This document shows positions 61,769 through 64,000 of a DNA stretch of 64,000 nucleotides, piece after piece. Positions within the stretch are counted from its first letter, which is position 1. Each line of letters begins with the position of its first letter. The stretch is from an uncultured Gammaproteobacteria bacterium (GTDB taxonomy: Bacteria > Patescibacteriota > Patescibacteriia > Patescibacteriales > UBA12465). Where the stretch lies: the NCBI GenBank assembly GCA_964355275.1, contig CAYHCB010000002.1, positions 6,639-70,638 on the forward strand. The letters run 5' to 3'. The notes under the pieces are model-generated. The model searched no databases. It was not told where the DNA came from and was given only the letters and a program-made list of their open reading frames with translations. The position numbers and the translations under genes were made by a program.

Positions 61769-63103
61769 ATGAAAAAAGTGTTGAGTTTCTTGGCTATCAC
61801 AGTAGCCACTGTTTTTCTGCCGGCGTTATTTATCGCCCTAATGTTCTTTGCTCTAACTCAGAGCTTTGGCATTGCTATTGTCATATTGATCAGTTCAATT
61901 ATCGTGCAAACGATAATGAGCAAGAAGTATGACATCTTTTCTTGGGATGAATACTCAGATTTAAGTTTTAAATCTGAAGAGTGTTCAAAAGAAGAAATAC
62001 GTTCAAAGGCACTCAATATTATGTTTAATTTGAGTAGGTTGGCAGTTCTTTTCTTCTTTATGTGGTTGATTATCATTAACTACGAGTACACCAACCATTT
62101 CGGTAATCTCGGTTACGCCATTAGTATCTCTCTGACTTTCATTCTTGTACTGATCTACATTTTTAAACGCGGTCGTTGTTCCTATGAAAATTTGAGGGGT
62201 ATCTTAGCGCTCATTACCACGATTGCTATTGGTATTTTCACTTATCTCTATTTTGGAACCCAGCTGATTTGGTTCGCTGGGCTGTTCCAAATGATTCTCT
62301 GTTTTGTTTTCCTGGCCGGCTTCGATATTGAAAAGAAGTTCAAATTAGAAGATTACAGCTTCAGTAGTGTTACATTAGCCGTTTTAATTTTAACATCAAC
62401 TCTTAGCACTATTATCCAGTTCTGGAGTAACATTTGTGATTTAATGATAAGATTTTGGGGACACGTTGTCACCATTAGCTTGTATCAGTTGATATCGGGG
62501 TTAGACCTCTATTTAATGGTTTTGGGAACACTGGGATTTGGTCTTCTTGTTTACTTAATTATTCGCTTAATTAATCGTCGTGAAGCTAGAAAAATTGCTA
62601 CCGCTAAACTTCTTCAGGAAGAGACTAAAAAACAAGAAAGAAAAGAAAAAGAAGATGAAGAAAAACGTAAGGAGGCTCAGGCCGAGGAAATAAGGATTAG
62701 TGAGATAAAAGCTGAGCTTAAGACGATAATCGAACAGGCGCAAAGCGGTACGATTAGAAATAGTCAATTAGCTTATTTGGCTAAAAATCGTAGCTACTTA
62801 GAATCAGGATTTCCAATTAAAGCTCTGGCCGACATTACACTAAATGATGCCTTTCAAATTTCTGACATAAAAAAACAAGTCACTTGGCATCATGACCTGG
62901 AAGAGGTTCTTATTTTTATCAACAGTCTTTACTCAAAAAGTTATAAAGATGTGGAGCTACAACTCCTCCTTAAATTACTGAAAGATTTGTATGACTATTT
63001 AACCCAGTATTCCGATTATCTGGGATATGAAATTTTTAACCAAATGGTTGAAAAAATAATCAAAAGCATCCCCACCAAACATTATCGTTGTTTAGGTGAA
63101 TAA
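61769..63103 (+). CDS. Hypothetical polytopic membrane protein with a Lys/Glu-rich coiled coil and a C-terminal soluble domain (444 aa)
   Basis: About 7-8 hydrophobic helices in the first 270 aa, then EETKKQERKEKEDEEKRKEAQAEEIRISEIKAELK. No recognisable catalytic motif. Confidence 0.45.
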   Translation: MKKVLSFLAITVATVFLPALFIALMFFALTQSFGIAIVILISSIIVQTIMSKKYDIFSWDEYSDLSFKSEECSKEEIRSKALNIMFNLSRLAVLFFFMWLIIINYEYTNHFGNLGYAISISLTFILVLIYIFKRGRCSYENLRGILALITTIAIGIFTYLYFGTQLIWFAGLFQMILCFVFLAGFDIEKKFKLEDYSFSSVTLAVLILTSTLSTIIQFWSNICDLMIRFWGHVVTISLYQLISGLDLYLMVLGTLGFGLLVYLIIRLINRREARKIATAKLLQEETKKQERKEKEDEEKRKEAQAEEIRISEIKAELKTIIEQAQSGTIRNSQLAYLAKNRSYLESGFPIKALADITLNDAFQISDIKKQVTWHHDLEEVLIFINSLYSKSYKDVELQLLLKLLKDLYDYLTQYSDYLGYEIFNQMVEKIIKSIPTKHYRCLGE

Positions 63104-63121
63104 ACGTCACTCTAACCATCT

Positions 63122-63152
63122 CAGCAGTAAACTCCGGGTTGCTGCTTTTTTT
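63122..63152 (+). terminator. Weak terminator after ORF 61769
   Basis: cAGCAGtaaactccgggttgCTGCTtttttt: 5-bp stem, long loop, T7 tract. Confidence 0.35.
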
Positions 63153-63298
63153 ATTTTAAAAAAGAGTTACGTAGTGGCTCTGTTCGTGAATAACCTTTTT
63201 TCTTAATCTGAGGAAATAGGCTTTTAATATTAACCTCCGACTGTTTAATTATTTATTTTTGTATTATAATCTATTATATATTTATAATATATATAATT

Positions 63299-64000
63299 AT
63301 GTATAAAAAAATAAGCATACTAATTTTTGTTAGTTTTTTATTGGGAACTACGGTTAATTCAGCTCCACCGACAACGCCCTATGTTCCCGGCCAAACCCTT
63401 AATCCAAACTGTGTTCCTGGTACAAATAATTGTACTGTTATACCCGCTTCTTCGGCGGGAGCTAATTCAGATATCACCTCTTTATCTGGTTTAACAACAC
63501 CACTCTCTTTTAATCAAGGTGGCACCGGCCTTAGTCTTCTCGGCTCAGCTGGTCAGTTTTTTAAAGTGTCTGGTAGTAATATGCCAGCCTGGGAAACGGT
63601 TGGTTTAAATAATTTAACTGGGGTACTAGATTTTACAAGAGGGGGCACCGGATTAAGTACTATTGGTTCCGGGGAGTTATTGTATGCCTCTAATCCTAAT
63701 ATTTTAGCACCTCTGTCACTAAGTAGTGATTTGCTTATTAATTCCGGAACTCTAAGTATTAATAATAGTAATTTAGTTTTTGCGGCTAATCAGATTAGTG
63801 ATTTTGCTGGTTCGGTGGACGGGCGCATTACTTTGCAAAAAGCGCAATTAAATGGCTTAGCAACTCTAGGTGCTGATGGAAAAATACCTACCGATCAATT
63901 AAGCTCCGTTGCTATTAATCATACATTTGTGGTTGCTAGTTCTAGCGAACTTACTTCTCTTGCGGCTTCCGTTGGTGATATTGCTGTGGCTACTAGTGAC
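63299..64000 (+). CDS. N-terminal 234 aa of a secreted tail-fibre-like / GGTG-repeat protein (runs off the window)
   Basis: ATG 63299; the frame is open to base 64000 (hand-translated). Signal peptide MYKKISILIFVSFLLGTTVNSA. Repeated ...LS(F/T)xxGGTGLS... motifs. LGADGKIPTDQLSSVAINHTFVVASSSELTSLAASVGDIAVATSD resembles the conserved GKIPxxQLP...vvas..a.l.l....GD.a.v motif of phage tail fibres. It is absent from the ORF track because it has no stop. Confidence 0.6.
   Translation, partial: MYKKISILIFVSFLLGTTVNSAPPTTPYVPGQTLNPNCVPGTNNCTVIPASSAGANSDITSLSGLTTPLSFNQGGTGLSLLGSAGQFFKVSGSNMPAWETVGLNNLTGVLDFTRGGTGLSTIGSGELLYASNPNILAPLSLSSDLLINSGTLSINNSNLVFAANQISDFAGSVDGRITLQKAQLNGLATLGADGKIPTDQLSSVAINHTFVVASSSELTSLAASVGDIAVATSD

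Overview
AT-rich, tightly packed bacterial window read under the standard code. From 1 to 53.7 kb only 4 genes are on the minus strand. Gene content suggests a small-genome Patescibacteria/CPR-type organism; this is inference, with no marker rRNA present. Evidence: long NDK, class III RNR only, Wzy-like membrane proteins, T4SS-pilin-like modules, few obvious Shine-Dalgarno sites.

Housekeeping backbone: ndk, gyrA, rmuC, a UvrD-type helicase-nuclease, sanA-like, ruvB, queA, lepB, hisS, rpsU, rel, clpP, secD, secF, pilD, ftsA, ftsZ, nrdR, nrdD, nrdG, a VirD4-like ATPase, a DEDDh exonuclease, a GT2 synthase, ftsB-like, tRNA-Thr, ftsE, ftsX and tRNA-Gln.

Three regions stand out.
1. 18.5-33.9 kb: a 15.3-kb, seven-ORF same-strand surface locus. 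Two giant Cys-rich proteins (898 and 2208 aa) carry paralogous N-terminal VirB2/TrbC-like (T4SS-pilin-like) membrane hairpins. They are followed by a 1179-aa secreted Cys-rich protein with an internal pilin-like globular domain and by two membrane-anchored calcium-binding-repeat proteins. This is my best candidate for an undescribed cell-surface/host-attachment system.
2. 45.7-45.9 kb: nrdD stops after its zinc ribbon, and the glycyl-radical motif is encoded by a separate 48-codon ORF that is absent from the ORF track.
3. 53.8-60.1 kb: a 6.2-kb element integrated at the 3' end of tRNA-Gln and bounded by a 21-bp direct repeat. It carries a large serine recombinase, an HUH rolling-circle Rep, candidate origin hairpins and an antisense two-gene cargo (STAND/ORC-like NTPase plus a 2-TM helical-repeat protein). 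A third related att-like site at 61.46 kb suggests a composite island. Accessory genes, including a tail-fibre-like ORF, run to the window end.

No rRNA, CRISPR array, transposase or reverse transcriptase was seen. All family assignments come from motif recognition by eye, not database searches.
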